Source of the DNA: Candidatus Poribacteria bacterium
GTDB taxonomy: Bacteria > Poribacteria > WGA-4E > JAJDTR01
DNA length: 64,000 nt
NCBI GenBank assembly: GCA_965222225.1
Contig: CBDCTK010000002.1
Coordinates: 3,328,001-3,392,000 of the forward strand
Direction of reading: 5' to 3'
The notes below the pieces were generated by a model. It did not search any database. It was not told where the DNA came from and saw only the letters and a list, made by a program, of their open reading frames with translations. Position numbers and translations under genes: made by a program. Shown piece by piece: positions 39,435 to 50,242 of this stretch (position 1 is its first letter; each line of letters starts with the position of its first letter).

Positions 39435-42400
39435 ATGAAATAGTCGTTGATTCACCTAATGTAAGCAAGGAATCCTCACCTCATATTTTACGAGCAAATA
39501 TGAAACTCACGAAACAGGGCCAAGGCGCAAATCTCTCCCAGATAACACGGCTCATAGCTGCGTTATTCATCATTTCAAACCTGCCCGCAGTGGCGGGCGT
39601 AGATTGGAAGGCGCTTGATGTGGGCAACCTATCCTCTGCCGTCTATAACACCGCGGTTGTCGGTTATCCAAGCAACCCGACCCTAAACCCTTCGGGATGG
39701 TGGCCCGCCGGAACAAACGACTCCTACATCTACGAGGGTGACATCTGGATCGGCGCCAAGAAGGGCGGAGAGGTTGGCGTCTCCTTCTCCGATGGGCGGC
39801 AGTCCGAAATCTGGCCCACCGATGATGCGCCGGAGATTATTTCAAACAAACCGGGTGTGACGACAAAAGGAACACCGACGGGTCAATCAATCTGGTTCAA
39901 ATGCACCGACACCAACCCCGAGGCGAATCGCGAACTAATCCTCGGATTAGAGATTGAGGCCAACGGATTCCAATGGAGTTACGCGCCGCTCTACGATTTC
40001 TTCATCCTGGAGTACAAAGTCACCAATGTGGGTAGCGACACCTTGGAAGATGCATTCATGGCGTTCCGCTACGATGTGGACGTCTCTAGTAGTGAAACCG
40101 GCACGGCGAACTACTCCGCTGATGACTTTATCGCGCTGGACCAGACTCCCGACGCCCTTAATCCCGACGCCCACCCGAACCGCTACCTATCTTACGGATT
40201 CTCCAACGCTTCGGCGCCCGGCTATATTGGCTTGCGTGTTTTGGACGCTTACGTTGGCGATAACCCGCAGAACGCTAACGCGAAGATTCCTTTTACAGCC
40301 CACAAACGGATTACGATTTCCACCGATCCATCGACCGCTGCCGAGATGTACGCCTTAATCAGTACTTCCGGTGTCGATCCTCTGCCCGCAAACTACGACG
40401 ATCAGCGTTTCATTCAGTCTTACGGTCCCATAGAGTCGCTTGCTCCCGGTCAGACGTTTAACATCATAGCAGCGGTGGCAATCGGCGAAGGACTTGAGGG
40501 GCTGCAAGCATCGTCGGACTGGGCACAGAAGCTGTATGACGATGACTATGTCGCACCGGCGCCGCCGCCGTCCCCGAAGGTAGCGGCATACCCCTCCGAT
40601 GGACAGGTGACGCTCGTATGGGAGAGCGCCGGGGGCTGGGTTCATGAAGGAGTCAATAAGAGTATTGAGGAATACATTGATATAACCGATCCGGAGAAGA
40701 TATTCGAGGGCTATAGAGTCTACCGGCGAGATACCTCTTACGATGAATCCACGGGCGACCCCGTGCAAGACTGGATAATGCTGGCGGAATTTGACAAACC
40801 CAGCGCAACCGGCAATTTTCTCACCGTGGCGCATGTCGGTAAACAGTCAGATGCTACGATTGTGGCGATGGGCGATGAACCCTACTTTGCCGATTTCTTC
40901 AAAAATGCTATTTATGTAATCAAGTTCAATTCTAGCACCACCTATGAGGTAATCAACACGACGCTTTGGGAAGTGATGGCGTATAATCCTCAATTCCCGG
41001 CAGACGGCGGCGGGTACGTCGTTTTAAAGGATCCTGCAACAGGCGAACCTTATCCCGACGGCGAGTATCGTTCCGGCGCTCTTATCTACTTTGGCGGGTT
41101 GTACGTACAGATTTCGGATGGTCCCTCGGGGCCCCCTGTCGCTGGCGACATCTTCCGCATTGTTTCCACGCCCTCACAAGCGCTCGGCGAAGACGCTGGC
41201 ATCAAGACTTTCTATACCGATGACGGATTGACGAACGGGATTCAATACACCTACGCCGTTACCTCATTCGATACCGGCAACCCCAAAACCGGGCTTATCG
41301 CGATGGAGAGCAGCCAGATTGAGACTATGGTTCACGCGACTCCGCGCGCGAATCCCGCAGGGCATCGTCACGCCACTGCCGAGTTAGAGGACACCGCCTT
41401 TCAGCGTACGGGCAGCGTCACTATCGAACCAATGCTGCTTGCCCCCAAGAAGGTGACGGGACATCAATATAAGATTGTTTGGTATGGAGCTAAACCAATT
41501 GATGCCGGCGCATTTATCACGGGACCCGGCTATCAACCCCCCGCTTATGAAATCATTGACACGACTACGAATCAAATAGTAGTACAAAAACAACCCTTTG
41601 AGTGGTATGATCCGGGGCACGGAGCTGTTGAAGTGCTTTCCCCGATGTTCGATGGAATCGTCCTGAGGATAAAAGGGGTTGACGTGACCTACGAGAGTCC
41701 GACCGAAAATCCAATCAATAATGTAGAATTATCGAACGGCTCGGTGACAGGTTGGAATGTGGACGTTCAGTCTCCCGGCGCCGGGGAGAACACCTGGCCG
41801 AACATCTTTTGGGCAACCTATTATCGTCCGCATACCTACTCGATAACCTTTGTCGACGATACACATGTCAAAGTGGTGGATGAAGATACAAGCGAAGAAA
41901 TTCAATTCAATTCCGAGCGTGCCGATGGCTACGCCATTCTGACAGGCTCGGGTTGGCTTGACGAATATATCCCGGACGACACTCCCGGTTTCTTTCGGAT
42001 CTTCATACGGGGTGCATACGTTTTCATCAGAGATCCCAACGGTGACATTTCCGCCGGGGATGAATTCACCGTTGAAATGGGCGGGATTGGCGCCCCTCAA
42101 GACGGCGACGAGTTGCTGCTCAATACCGGCAGCGAGACGCTCATCGCCGATGACATTCGTGCTGATCTGGATCGAATCCGCGTCGTACCGAATCCTTACT
42201 TCGTCACGAACCGGGCTGTGATTTCTGAAGGAACGGACAAAATCTTCTTTACCCATCTCCCGCCGAGATGCACGGTGCGAATTTATACCTTGGCTGGCGA
42301 GTTGGTGCGAGAAATTGAACATGAACACACCTCGCCCTTCAATCCCGATGAGCGATTGGCACAGGGTGACAAGGGCGGCACGGAAACGTTTAATCTTCTC

Positions 42401-42514
42401 AGTTACAACAACCAAGCGCTCGCCAGTGGCGTCTACATTTATCATGTTGAAGCACGTGATGAAGGGAATGCTGTGGTCGGGAATAAGATTAGTCGGTTTG
42501 CCATTATTCGGTAG
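39431..42514 (+). CDS. Large secreted protein with a T9SS-CTD-like C-terminal domain
   Basis: APPPSP, FEGYRVYR and NG..YTYAVTSFD (FN3-like). C-terminal IRVVPNPY..FTHLP..TVRIYTLAGELVR..LASGVYIYHV..FAIIR. Confidence 0.8.
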   Translation: MNEIVVDSPNVSKESSPHILRANMKLTKQGQGANLSQITRLIAALFIISNLPAVAGVDWKALDVGNLSSAVYNTAVVGYPSNPTLNPSGWWPAGTNDSYIYEGDIWIGAKKGGEVGVSFSDGRQSEIWPTDDAPEIISNKPGVTTKGTPTGQSIWFKCTDTNPEANRELILGLEIEANGFQWSYAPLYDFFILEYKVTNVGSDTLEDAFMAFRYDVDVSSSETGTANYSADDFIALDQTPDALNPDAHPNRYLSYGFSNASAPGYIGLRVLDAYVGDNPQNANAKIPFTAHKRITISTDPSTAAEMYALISTSGVDPLPANYDDQRFIQSYGPIESLAPGQTFNIIAAVAIGEGLEGLQASSDWAQKLYDDDYVAPAPPPSPKVAAYPSDGQVTLVWESAGGWVHEGVNKSIEEYIDITDPEKIFEGYRVYRRDTSYDESTGDPVQDWIMLAEFDKPSATGNFLTVAHVGKQSDATIVAMGDEPYFADFFKNAIYVIKFNSSTTYEVINTTLWEVMAYNPQFPADGGGYVVLKDPATGEPYPDGEYRSGALIYFGGLYVQISDGPSGPPVAGDIFRIVSTPSQALGEDAGIKTFYTDDGLTNGIQYTYAVTSFDTGNPKTGLIAMESSQIETMVHATPRANPAGHRHATAELEDTAFQRTGSVTIEPMLLAPKKVTGHQYKIVWYGAKPIDAGAFITGPGYQPPAYEIIDTTTNQIVVQKQPFEWYDPGHGAVEVLSPMFDGIVLRIKGVDVTYESPTENPINNVELSNGSVTGWNVDVQSPGAGENTWPNIFWATYYRPHTYSITFVDDTHVKVVDEDTSEEIQFNSERADGYAILTGSGWLDEYIPDDTPGFFRIFIRGAYVFIRDPNGDISAGDEFTVEMGGIGAPQDGDELLLNTGSETLIADDIRADLDRIRVVPNPYFVTNRAVISEGTDKIFFTHLPPRCTVRIYTLAGELVREIEHEHTSPFNPDERLAQGDKGGTETFNLLSYNNQALASGVYIYHVEARDEGNAVVGNKISRFAIIR

Positions 42515-42595
42515 CCGGTATCTCTCAAACGAAGTCCGAAATCTCGTCGGAAACCACGAGAAACATTCGCGCAATAAAAGAATATTGTCACTCGT

Positions 42596-43677
42596 ATGCA
42601 AATGAACTCTAGACACTTTAAGACGGTCTGCGCACTCCTATTCACGGTCATGCTTTTATGGTCGGGGCACGGCCACGCTGTGACCAACGTGGGAACGAGC
42701 GGCGCCCAATTTCTGAAAATCGGCCCCGGCGCCCGTGTCGACAGTTTGGGAGGCGCGTTTGGAGCAATTGCCGACGACGTCACCGCCATCTACTGGAATC
42801 CGGCAGGCTTAAGCCAACTCGCCGCGACGAGCGTCTCCGGCACACATACTGTTTGGCTCGCCGACACACGGTATAACTTCCTCGCCGTCGCCACACCGGT
42901 CGAAAAAATCGGCACACTCGGAGCAAGTGTGACCTTCCTCTCAGTTCCCGACATGGAAATCACAACGCTGGCAAAACCGGATGGTACGGGGCTCTGGTTC
43001 TCCGCATGGGATGCGGCGGTCTCACTGGCGTACTCTAGACAACTCTACGAGAAAGAGTCCGGCGTCAAACTCTCCTTAGGCCTCAATGCCAAGTACATTC
43101 ACCAGCAAATCCATCGGGAAAACGCTAGCGGAATGGCGATTGATGTCGGCCTCTATATCATACAGGTTGGAACAGTTTGCGGATTGGGATGTGTTTCTCG
43201 AACTTCGGACCAGAGATGCGCTTTGGTGGGCCAGATCTTCAGGCGGGAGCTGAAGAAGCGGGTGATCCGCGAACCGCCGACTATCTGCCGTTTCCCGACA
43301 CCACAAATCCCGCCCGCAAGGCGGAGTTGGAAACGGTAGAATTTCCATTGCCATCCAACTTTCGCCTCGGAATCGCGTACGACCTCATTGATGACGCCAA
43401 CAACCTTCTCACTGTTGCAATCGATGGCAATCATCCCACCGACAATAATGAGCGGCTTCACTTCGGGCTAGAGTATTGGTACAAGAAGATGGCGTCCGTT
43501 CGAGGAGGCTACAAATTTCGTCTGGGGCCCGAATCCGCGAAAGATGAAGAGGGAATCACACTCGGATTCGGAATAAATACCAATGTTTCGACAACGGCAC
43601 TGTCTCTCGATTACGCCTTCGCGGACTTTGGGCATCTGCAACAAGCGCATCGGGTTAGCTTGGGGTTGAGATTCTAA
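42596..43677 (+). pseudogene. PorV/PorQ (UPF0164)-family beta-barrel, frameshifted
   Basis: GAQFLKIGPGAR..LGGA, AIYWNPAGL and C-terminal LDYAFADFG.L..AHRVSLGLRF. One base is missing at ~43150 (DVG-TLY). Confidence 0.8.
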
Positions 43678-43760
43678 AGCGTCGTCGTTCTGTTGCACGG
43701 CTTCCTGTACTCGTTGATGTTAACATTTGATGAATCCCAACTGTTAACCTGTAGGCTGGG

Positions 43761-43796
43761 ATCAAGCGAACGGATAGTGAGAGCGATAGAGATTCC
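43761..43796 (+). repeat. 36-nt GA-hairpin element inserted in a GTAGG.TGGG..GAAACCCAAC REP
   Basis: ATCAAGCGAACGGATAGTGAGAGCGATAGAGATTCC, flanked by GTAGGCTGGG and AGAACGCAGTGAAACCCAAC. Confidence 0.85.
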
Positions 43797-43860
43797 ATAG
43801 AACGCAGTGAAACCCAACTATTTAACTTCCGTTCCTACGCTCCAGTCGTCTAATCTATAT

Positions 43861-43879
43861 ACTGAGACTCAATCGCAAT
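43861..43879 (-). promoter_or_regulatory. Fur-like 19-bp operator, site 3
   Basis: ACTGAGACTCAATCGCAAT, 14 nt upstream of the monooxygenase ATG. Confidence 0.65.
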
Positions 43880-43893
43880 AATGAGAGGGTTCC

Positions 43894-44250
43894 ATGATTA
43901 CCGTTGCAAACCGAATCTATGTTGATCCAGCATACGCTGAAGCCTTCGAGGAGCGATTCTACCACCGCGCTCGACTCGTTGACGGAATGCCCGGATTCGT
44001 CTCTAACCAAGTCCTGCGTCCGGTTAATGATGGCGATCCCTACGTCGTATTTACGCTTTGGGATTCACGTAAAGATTTCGAGAACTGGGTGGAATCGGAT
44101 GAGTTCCGCAAAGGACACGCGCAATCCGGAACGCTTCCCAAAGAAGCCTTTACCGGATCGAACAAACTTGAACTTCACGAAGTTTTCTTGGATTCATCCC
44201 GTCCTGACCTCAAGGAGGAACCAAGTGGCGGTCCGTTCAATGTTCACTAA
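43894..44250 (+). CDS. ABM-family monooxygenase, IsdG/MhuD-like heme-degrading enzyme
   Basis: N-terminal Asn (VANRI), AFEERF, MPGF and W.S..DF..W..S..FRKGH motifs. Confidence 0.8.
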   Translation: MITVANRIYVDPAYAEAFEERFYHRARLVDGMPGFVSNQVLRPVNDGDPYVVFTLWDSRKDFENWVESDEFRKGHAQSGTLPKEAFTGSNKLELHEVFLDSSRPDLKEEPSGGPFNVH

Positions 44251-44652
44251 CACAATACGGATGTCACACCGTGTGCTGATAGTGAGACTCATATTCATAA
44301 ATCGGCAGCAACAGAAAAGGCGAACCTATAGAAAAAGAGACAGCGTTGAACCCCCAAAGGTTCGCAGTGGGATCTTTGATCGTCAAGTCCCCGATTTCCG
44401 CTCGTATCTTTCAAGGTATAGGGCAACTTGAATGACCAAAAATGGCTTTGCCACCATTACTCAAACAGGCTCTAAACTGCCGAAATCCTGGTTGATTGGC
44501 AAAAAAGGTTTTGCCCTCTTGCAGGAAACAAAATATAATAGGGACTAACAACAATTGCTGGTTCCTATGAATTATAGATGATGAATCACCATTACGAGGC
44601 ATTAAGGCATTCAACTGCATTAGTCCGAATGAGACAAGAGGAGCAAGCACCA

Positions 44653-46635
44653 ATGCATACTCAAGTTCCTCGTTTCGCTTCCCAACTACGACTTGGACTA
44701 TTCGTTTTCATAATAACCTGCCTTTCTATTGGCACGGGAATCTCGTTCTCGCAGATAGCCGACCCCCAAAACCCTCCATCTACAAATTACCAAGATATTC
44801 GCACATGGGAATTGCCGGATGGCGCCATCCGGCGCCTAGGTAAAGGTGTCCTCGGTGGTTCAGACAGGGCAATTGCCTTTTCGCCCGATGGAAAACACCT
44901 CGCGGTTGCAAGCGGTATTGGCATCTGGATCTACGATGTGGAGACAAGGCGTGAGCTTGCGTTACTCAGCACGGACGAAGTAAGATTAATCAGATCTGTG
45001 GCGTACTCGCCGGACGGGACGATACTCGCCGCAGGAACTGGGAATGGAGTGGTTCAACTATGGGAGGTCAATCGTGGACGACTTCTCGCCCCACTCCGTC
45101 TACCTACATCTTGTTGGCATGGGGTCGATGCCCTTGCGTTTTCACCCGACGGCAGAATCGTCGCGTCGGGGTCACGGGATGAAATCCAATTGTGGGATGT
45201 CGAAAATCAAAGACACCTTAAAACGCTGCAAGGGCATAAGGGCCAAATCTTCTCTGTGGCATTTTCACTCGACGGGAAAACCCTCGCTTCAGGGGCGGAG
45301 GACGCTGCCATCAAACTGTGGGAGGTAGCGACCGGAAAAGACCTCGCTACATTAAGGCACACCAGTAACGTTAAGTCTGTGGCGTTCTCACCTGATGGTG
45401 CAATACTGGCTACCGTAGAATCCAAAAGTGTTAAACTTTGGGAAGTTTCAACAAAGACAAACATCGCAGCACTTGAGCACACGAATGGTGTACACGCGGT
45501 AGCATATTCGCCAGATGGAACTATGCTTGGTATGGCGTCACGCGACGGAATCATATTGTGGGCAGCTTCCACGAAGGAAAAAATCGTTACGCTTGAGCAT
45601 GAGGGCTATATAGGCGCGGTCACGTTTTCCCCTGACAGCAAGATACTCGCGTCAGCGAATACAGATCGCTTTGGCGGCACAGACGGAACAGTGAAGTTAT
45701 GGGAAGTCTCGACTCGTGAACACATCGCCACCGTCAGAGGGCATACGGAGCGAATCACTACAATAGCACTTTCGCCGGATGGGATTACACTTGCGGCGAC
45801 GTTGAGAGACTGGACAGTTCGGTTCTGGGAAGCTGGGACAGAGCAACCCGTCTCTACGGTACGTAAGATAAAGGCCTGGTCTGTGGCATACTCGCCAGAT
45901 GGGAAAACTCTCGCCTTAGGCAGGTCCGATGGGACGGTCCAGCTGTCGGATGTCAAAAGTGGACGACGAGTGGCAATACTACGCGGGCATGGCGGAGGCA
46001 TCGTATCCCTCACGTACTCACCCGACGGTACGATGCTCGCTGTTGGAGCACTAGGCGCGGACGAGCCCTCACACGGAATGGTAAAAGTATGGACAATGCC
46101 GCCTGATCCATGGGAAGTCTTGATGCGACGGGGGCTCCATGAAATTGACGCGGATACTTTGATGGGCGCCTCCGCTATATTTTCGCCCGACGGTAAATTG
46201 TTTGCTGTGAGGTCAAAGGACGGCGTAAGGTTGTTTGATACCGAAACAGGAAAGAGTATCGCCACGCTGCAAGAATCTTATAGTATCTCTGTCGCATTCT
46301 CGCCTGATGGGGCAATGCTTGCTGCCGGGTCAGATGATGGGCTCAAGCTATGGGAGATTTCCACAAAGAATAATACAGCGACACTAAGGAAAGAGACAGA
46401 GTTAGGTGCCTACTCTATCGCGTTTTCGCCGGACGGTAGGATACTAGCGATGGGAATGCACAGAAAGATTGAACTCTGGGATTCTTCAATCAAACGGAAT
46501 ATCACCACGCGACATGGGCATGGCGATGCGGTCTTCGCTGTGGCGTTTTCGCCGGATGGAAAAACACTTGTAACGGGATCGCGTGATGGCACTGCTCTGC
46601 TGTGGAACACGGCTGATTTAACCAAGCGCCAGTAA
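44653..46635 (+). CDS. WD40-repeat protein (exported)
   Basis: About 14 SVA(F/Y)SPDG..LA...D..V.LW repeats. Start set at the RBS-supported ATG. Confidence 0.93.
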   Translation: MHTQVPRFASQLRLGLFVFIITCLSIGTGISFSQIADPQNPPSTNYQDIRTWELPDGAIRRLGKGVLGGSDRAIAFSPDGKHLAVASGIGIWIYDVETRRELALLSTDEVRLIRSVAYSPDGTILAAGTGNGVVQLWEVNRGRLLAPLRLPTSCWHGVDALAFSPDGRIVASGSRDEIQLWDVENQRHLKTLQGHKGQIFSVAFSLDGKTLASGAEDAAIKLWEVATGKDLATLRHTSNVKSVAFSPDGAILATVESKSVKLWEVSTKTNIAALEHTNGVHAVAYSPDGTMLGMASRDGIILWAASTKEKIVTLEHEGYIGAVTFSPDSKILASANTDRFGGTDGTVKLWEVSTREHIATVRGHTERITTIALSPDGITLAATLRDWTVRFWEAGTEQPVSTVRKIKAWSVAYSPDGKTLALGRSDGTVQLSDVKSGRRVAILRGHGGGIVSLTYSPDGTMLAVGALGADEPSHGMVKVWTMPPDPWEVLMRRGLHEIDADTLMGASAIFSPDGKLFAVRSKDGVRLFDTETGKSIATLQESYSISVAFSPDGAMLAAGSDDGLKLWEISTKNNTATLRKETELGAYSIAFSPDGRILAMGMHRKIELWDSSIKRNITTRHGHGDAVFAVAFSPDGKTLVTGSRDGTALLWNTADLTKRQ

Positions 46636-46697
46636 ATTCGCTAAATTTGTCTCACGGCGCACAACTACACTCGAGTCGTAGGTGGGAATTAGGCACC

Positions 46698-47261
46698 TCA
46701 ATCGAAGTATTCATCCTCCTCAAATCTCGCACACGATTCAAATAAGGGAAACGGCGGCGGCAAATTTTTACTTGGATTATTCAGTCTGAAGGAAATCCTG
46801 TTGTTGTCAAGAGGACTTCTGATTGAGATGGAGAACTCTGAGACTTCAATGCAGTTTTCGCACTTGGTAGGAAACTGTTGTGTGGATCTTGGATTGTCAA
46901 AATAAAACATAAATTCCGTATCATACCCTCCTCTTCCAATGCGACGATTGTTTCCTATCTTTAAGATACGATAATCTTGTGCGGAAATCTCCCACTCGTT
47001 GACCGCGTGGCCGTCCTTTGAATACTGCGCCCAAACGCGAATTCCGTCAAAGAAATCAAGGATAACCGCCTTTCTCGGACTCGCATCTTTGGAAGGCACA
47101 AACTGACGAAACGAGCGATCATCCAACGCATCTTTTATCTGTTCTCCCTCGTCTTCACCTACCGGCTGAAATAGACCGTCAGAACCGCATGAAGATGCGA
47201 GAAGAAGAACGGATATGAGAAAAATCGATGTTAGATGGAATTCCACCCTAGCGAATAACAA
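46698..47261 (-). CDS. Hypothetical lipoprotein
   Basis: RBS GGAGGTG and lipobox-like LASSC. Confidence 0.65.
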   Translation of the reverse strand: MLFARVEFHLTSIFLISVLLLASSCGSDGLFQPVGEDEGEQIKDALDDRSFRQFVPSKDASPRKAVILDFFDGIRVWAQYSKDGHAVNEWEISAQDYRILKIGNNRRIGRGGYDTEFMFYFDNPRSTQQFPTKCENCIEVSEFSISIRSPLDNNRISFRLNNPSKNLPPPFPLFESCARFEEDEYFD

Positions 47262-47413
47262 GATTCACCTCCATGTAGGTAGGATTGAACGGGAATAAGC
47301 ATGATTCATCTTTGCGAACCAATAATTCACTGCTTCTCAAGAGGTCTGTCTTGTCAGATATCTAAAGTGAAACCCAACTATCCACTAAACGGCATCTCTA
47401 ATTATTAACACGA

Positions 47414-48163
47414 TCAATCTGCACTCGAGTTCGTCTTTAGGGCATAAACTTCTTCTAAAAATACGTCGTGATCAATCTGGCCGCCGCCCGCCATCCTCTG
47501 GGCAATCGGTGTCCCAATTGTCCGAGCGAGTTGCAATCGGCGCAATCTTGGAAGGCTTTCCCGGCGCGAGAGGTACTCCCGTATCGCACCCAGTTCGGCG
47601 TCCGTCACCTGTTCAGGCTGAATCCGGTCCGCATAGACAAGAGTCTGCTTTCGCACAGTCGGCGTCTTCGCCGGATGGGGGGACGCCTTGGCGTCCTCTT
47701 TAACGACAAGCGTGCCGGCAGCCAAGTCGCCCAGCCGCTGCCAATTTTTGTTTAACAGCATGGTAAGTAATCCGACGCCGTAGGCAAAGGGAAGCATATC
47801 GACAATCCGCACTATATTGCGAATCGCCGAATCGGAAAAGCTGATCGGATACCCTTGTGCTTTGATGACCCGCAAGCCAAGGACACGTTTACCCGGTGAT
47901 TGACCATTCGTCGCGATTTCGAATATCATGTAGTAGCCCCATTGGAGCGCGAAGGTAGCAATCCCTGCAAGCGCCGCTAACCAGTTGCCAAGTCCCTCAT
48001 CTAGGTCAAGTATCGCACGTATGATAACGTAATAACCTACGAGAAGGATTGGGAGCAGCAAGGCGATATCGATAAGTGCCGCATAAAAACGCGAACCGAT
48101 GCCTGCGACACTATAGGAAATTTTTATCTGTTCGGGGGTTTCAATGGATAAACGTTCGCTCAT
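47414..48163 (-). CDS. RDD family protein
   Basis: IETPEQI, AGIGSRFYAALID, GQSPGKRVLGLRV and QRLGDLAAGTLVV motifs. Confidence 0.92.
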   Translation of the reverse strand: MSERLSIETPEQIKISYSVAGIGSRFYAALIDIALLLPILLVGYYVIIRAILDLDEGLGNWLAALAGIATFALQWGYYMIFEIATNGQSPGKRVLGLRVIKAQGYPISFSDSAIRNIVRIVDMLPFAYGVGLLTMLLNKNWQRLGDLAAGTLVVKEDAKASPHPAKTPTVRKQTLVYADRIQPEQVTDAELGAIREYLSRRESLPRLRRLQLARTIGTPIAQRMAGGGQIDHDVFLEEVYALKTNSSAD

Positions 48164-48273
48164 GTCTTTTGTAAGATTTTCTTGATTTTCAATGGCGTTA
48201 TAAAGAGCGGTACACTACTCAAGACAGATTCCGTACATTCTCCTAAGATAAACCTACCGACGAGGACGGAAAT

Positions 48274-49254
48274 ATGACGCGAGACGAATTTCTCAACAAA
48301 AATCGGCCCATCTGGTCAGAACTGGAGGAGTCGCTAAAGCGTACCCGTCGCTACCGCGCCAATAAGATGTCTCCGACGCAACTTGATCGGTTGGGCTATC
48401 TGTACCGCCGCGTCACCTCGGGCCTGGCGGTTGCTCGCCGTGATTTTCCGGATGACCACTGCGTCCCATACCTCAATGCGCTCGCCGCCCGCGCCCATGC
48501 CGGTATCTACCAATCCGCCCCTTTGAAACGCAACACGATACGTCACTTTTTCTTCGCCGGGTTCCCTGCACTGTTCCGAAGTAACTGCCGCTTCGTCGCG
48601 GCGGCGTTTCTGATGTTTGTCATCGGGTTTATTGCCGCATATTGGATTGCGTTGGAAAACCACGGGCTTGCCGAAAAACTCGCGCCTCAACACATCGTTG
48701 AGACAATTCACGATAAGGAGATGTGGACAGATGTTCCGGCGCTCCATAGGAATCTTTTTGCTTCCTTTGTCATGACGAACAACATCCGAGTGGCTTTCTC
48801 GGCATTTGCGCTTGGCATCACGTTCATGATTGGCACAATGTATATTTTGGCTTTCAACGGTATACTCATTGGCACAGTCGCCGGACTATGCCACGTTCAT
48901 GGGCTTGCTCTTCCACTATGGTCCTTTGTTTCACCACACGGTTATATCGAGTTGACAACCATTTTTATCGCGGGCGGCGCCGGGCTAAAAATGGGCTACG
49001 CCCTGATTGCGCCGGGTTTGCTGACGCGAAAACAGGCGTTGACGGACGCCGCGAAAGTTGCTATTCAACTCATCGGCGGTTGCGTCGTGCTGCTTGTCAT
49101 CGCTGGCGTTATCGAAGGCTTCGTATCCCCTTCGAGTTTGCCGTCAATCATCAAAATCGGATTCGGATTCGCCACGGGCGTGGTGCTGTTCTGCTACCTC
49201 TTCCTGATGGGGCGGCAGAAAAGAGCGCCGATCCCAACGGGAAAAGCCGATTGA
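48274..49254 (+). CDS. SpoIIM-family (DUF95) membrane protein
   Basis: TNNIRVAF, FNG..IG, PHGYIELTTIFIAGGAG and AGVIEGFVSP motifs. Confidence 0.9.
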   Translation: MTRDEFLNKNRPIWSELEESLKRTRRYRANKMSPTQLDRLGYLYRRVTSGLAVARRDFPDDHCVPYLNALAARAHAGIYQSAPLKRNTIRHFFFAGFPALFRSNCRFVAAAFLMFVIGFIAAYWIALENHGLAEKLAPQHIVETIHDKEMWTDVPALHRNLFASFVMTNNIRVAFSAFALGITFMIGTMYILAFNGILIGTVAGLCHVHGLALPLWSFVSPHGYIELTTIFIAGGAGLKMGYALIAPGLLTRKQALTDAAKVAIQLIGGCVVLLVIAGVIEGFVSPSSLPSIIKIGFGFATGVVLFCYLFLMGRQKRAPIPTGKAD

Positions 49255-49578
49255 GCCACTGTCAGAGTCAGGACTCCTCGCGGATTTATGGATTACGCGT
49301 TCTGTTTGTGCACCTCTCCGTCCTTGTCCGCGTCATCCGTTTCCATCCGCTATTTAGACAATCTTGTAATGGTCAGGCTGATGTGCGACAATCATAGCCG
49401 TTTCCCGCTCGGCTTGGATTGCCAAATCCAAGCCTTGACTGATCAGGTTGTCAATCCGCGGGATCGGTGCGGTGCGTAAACCATCTCGTTGACTAATACA
49501 CTATTTAGACAATCTTGAGATAAATCTCCCAAGTCTTCGCTACATTTGCAGCATGGGAAACGTCAGGAGTGAATCGTG

Positions 49579-49752
49579 TCAATGCCGGACGCAACCGAAG
49601 GGTTGGGCGGTTTCGGATTTGCTCTTCCTACCGAGTGAATTCCTTTCGTCCTGATTGAACTCGCGGAGACAACTCATCGCCTCCCATCCCAATTCTGCAA
49701 GTAGGGCGATGGCGGGTTGTTCAATGAGTTGCCCTGAGTTGTATGGATTCAT
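49579..49752 (-). pseudogene. N-terminal remnant of a type I HsdR
   Basis: MNPY...LIEQPAIALLAELGWE...LGRKSKSE resembles HsdR N-termini and is truncated. Confidence 0.55.
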
Positions 49753-50240
49753 TTGAAAATCGTGTCCGTTGCTCGGAATTTGAGGTTGTCTTTTGCCTCG
49801 ATCTCGGCGACTATCTTCCTCACGTCGGTCCGCATCAAAATCCCAAGTTCCCATAGCGTGCGCAAAATATCTGCCAAGTTGACGCAATCTACTCCGTTAT
49901 CCCGACAGTGATGTTTGACCCGTCGTTGGTTGCTAACAAAAATTGCATTCAACCGTTTACAGATTGCGATCGATTCACGCTCTCCTGAACCGAGTGATGG
50001 TGACATAGTCGCCATGAATTGTTGGTCAGCGGCCGTCGGATGATACGTCCTGATTCGCCCCTGCGAGTGCAACGTTATGATGTCTTGTGTAAAGCTGAAT
50101 CCCTTAGCAACTCCTGTGCGTAGCTCGAGTTCCACGGCGGCGGAAATGTTGAGCGAGTCTTCATTAAACACCGTAAACAGTAGGGACACACGCTGAATTT
50201 TAGCGAAGATCGAAAGCACATCCGTATCAATGAAAACCAC
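49749..50240 (-). CDS. PIN-domain protein (DUF3368-like)
   Basis: VFIDTDVL and LGSGERESIAIC motifs. Confidence 0.75.
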   Translation of the reverse strand: MVFIDTDVLSIFAKIQRVSLLFTVFNEDSLNISAAVELELRTGVAKGFSFTQDIITLHSQGRIRTYHPTAADQQFMATMSPSLGSGERESIAICKRLNAIFVSNQRRVKHHCRDNGVDCVNLADILRTLWELGILMRTDVRKIVAEIEAKDNLKFRATDTIFK

Positions 50241-50242
50241 GA

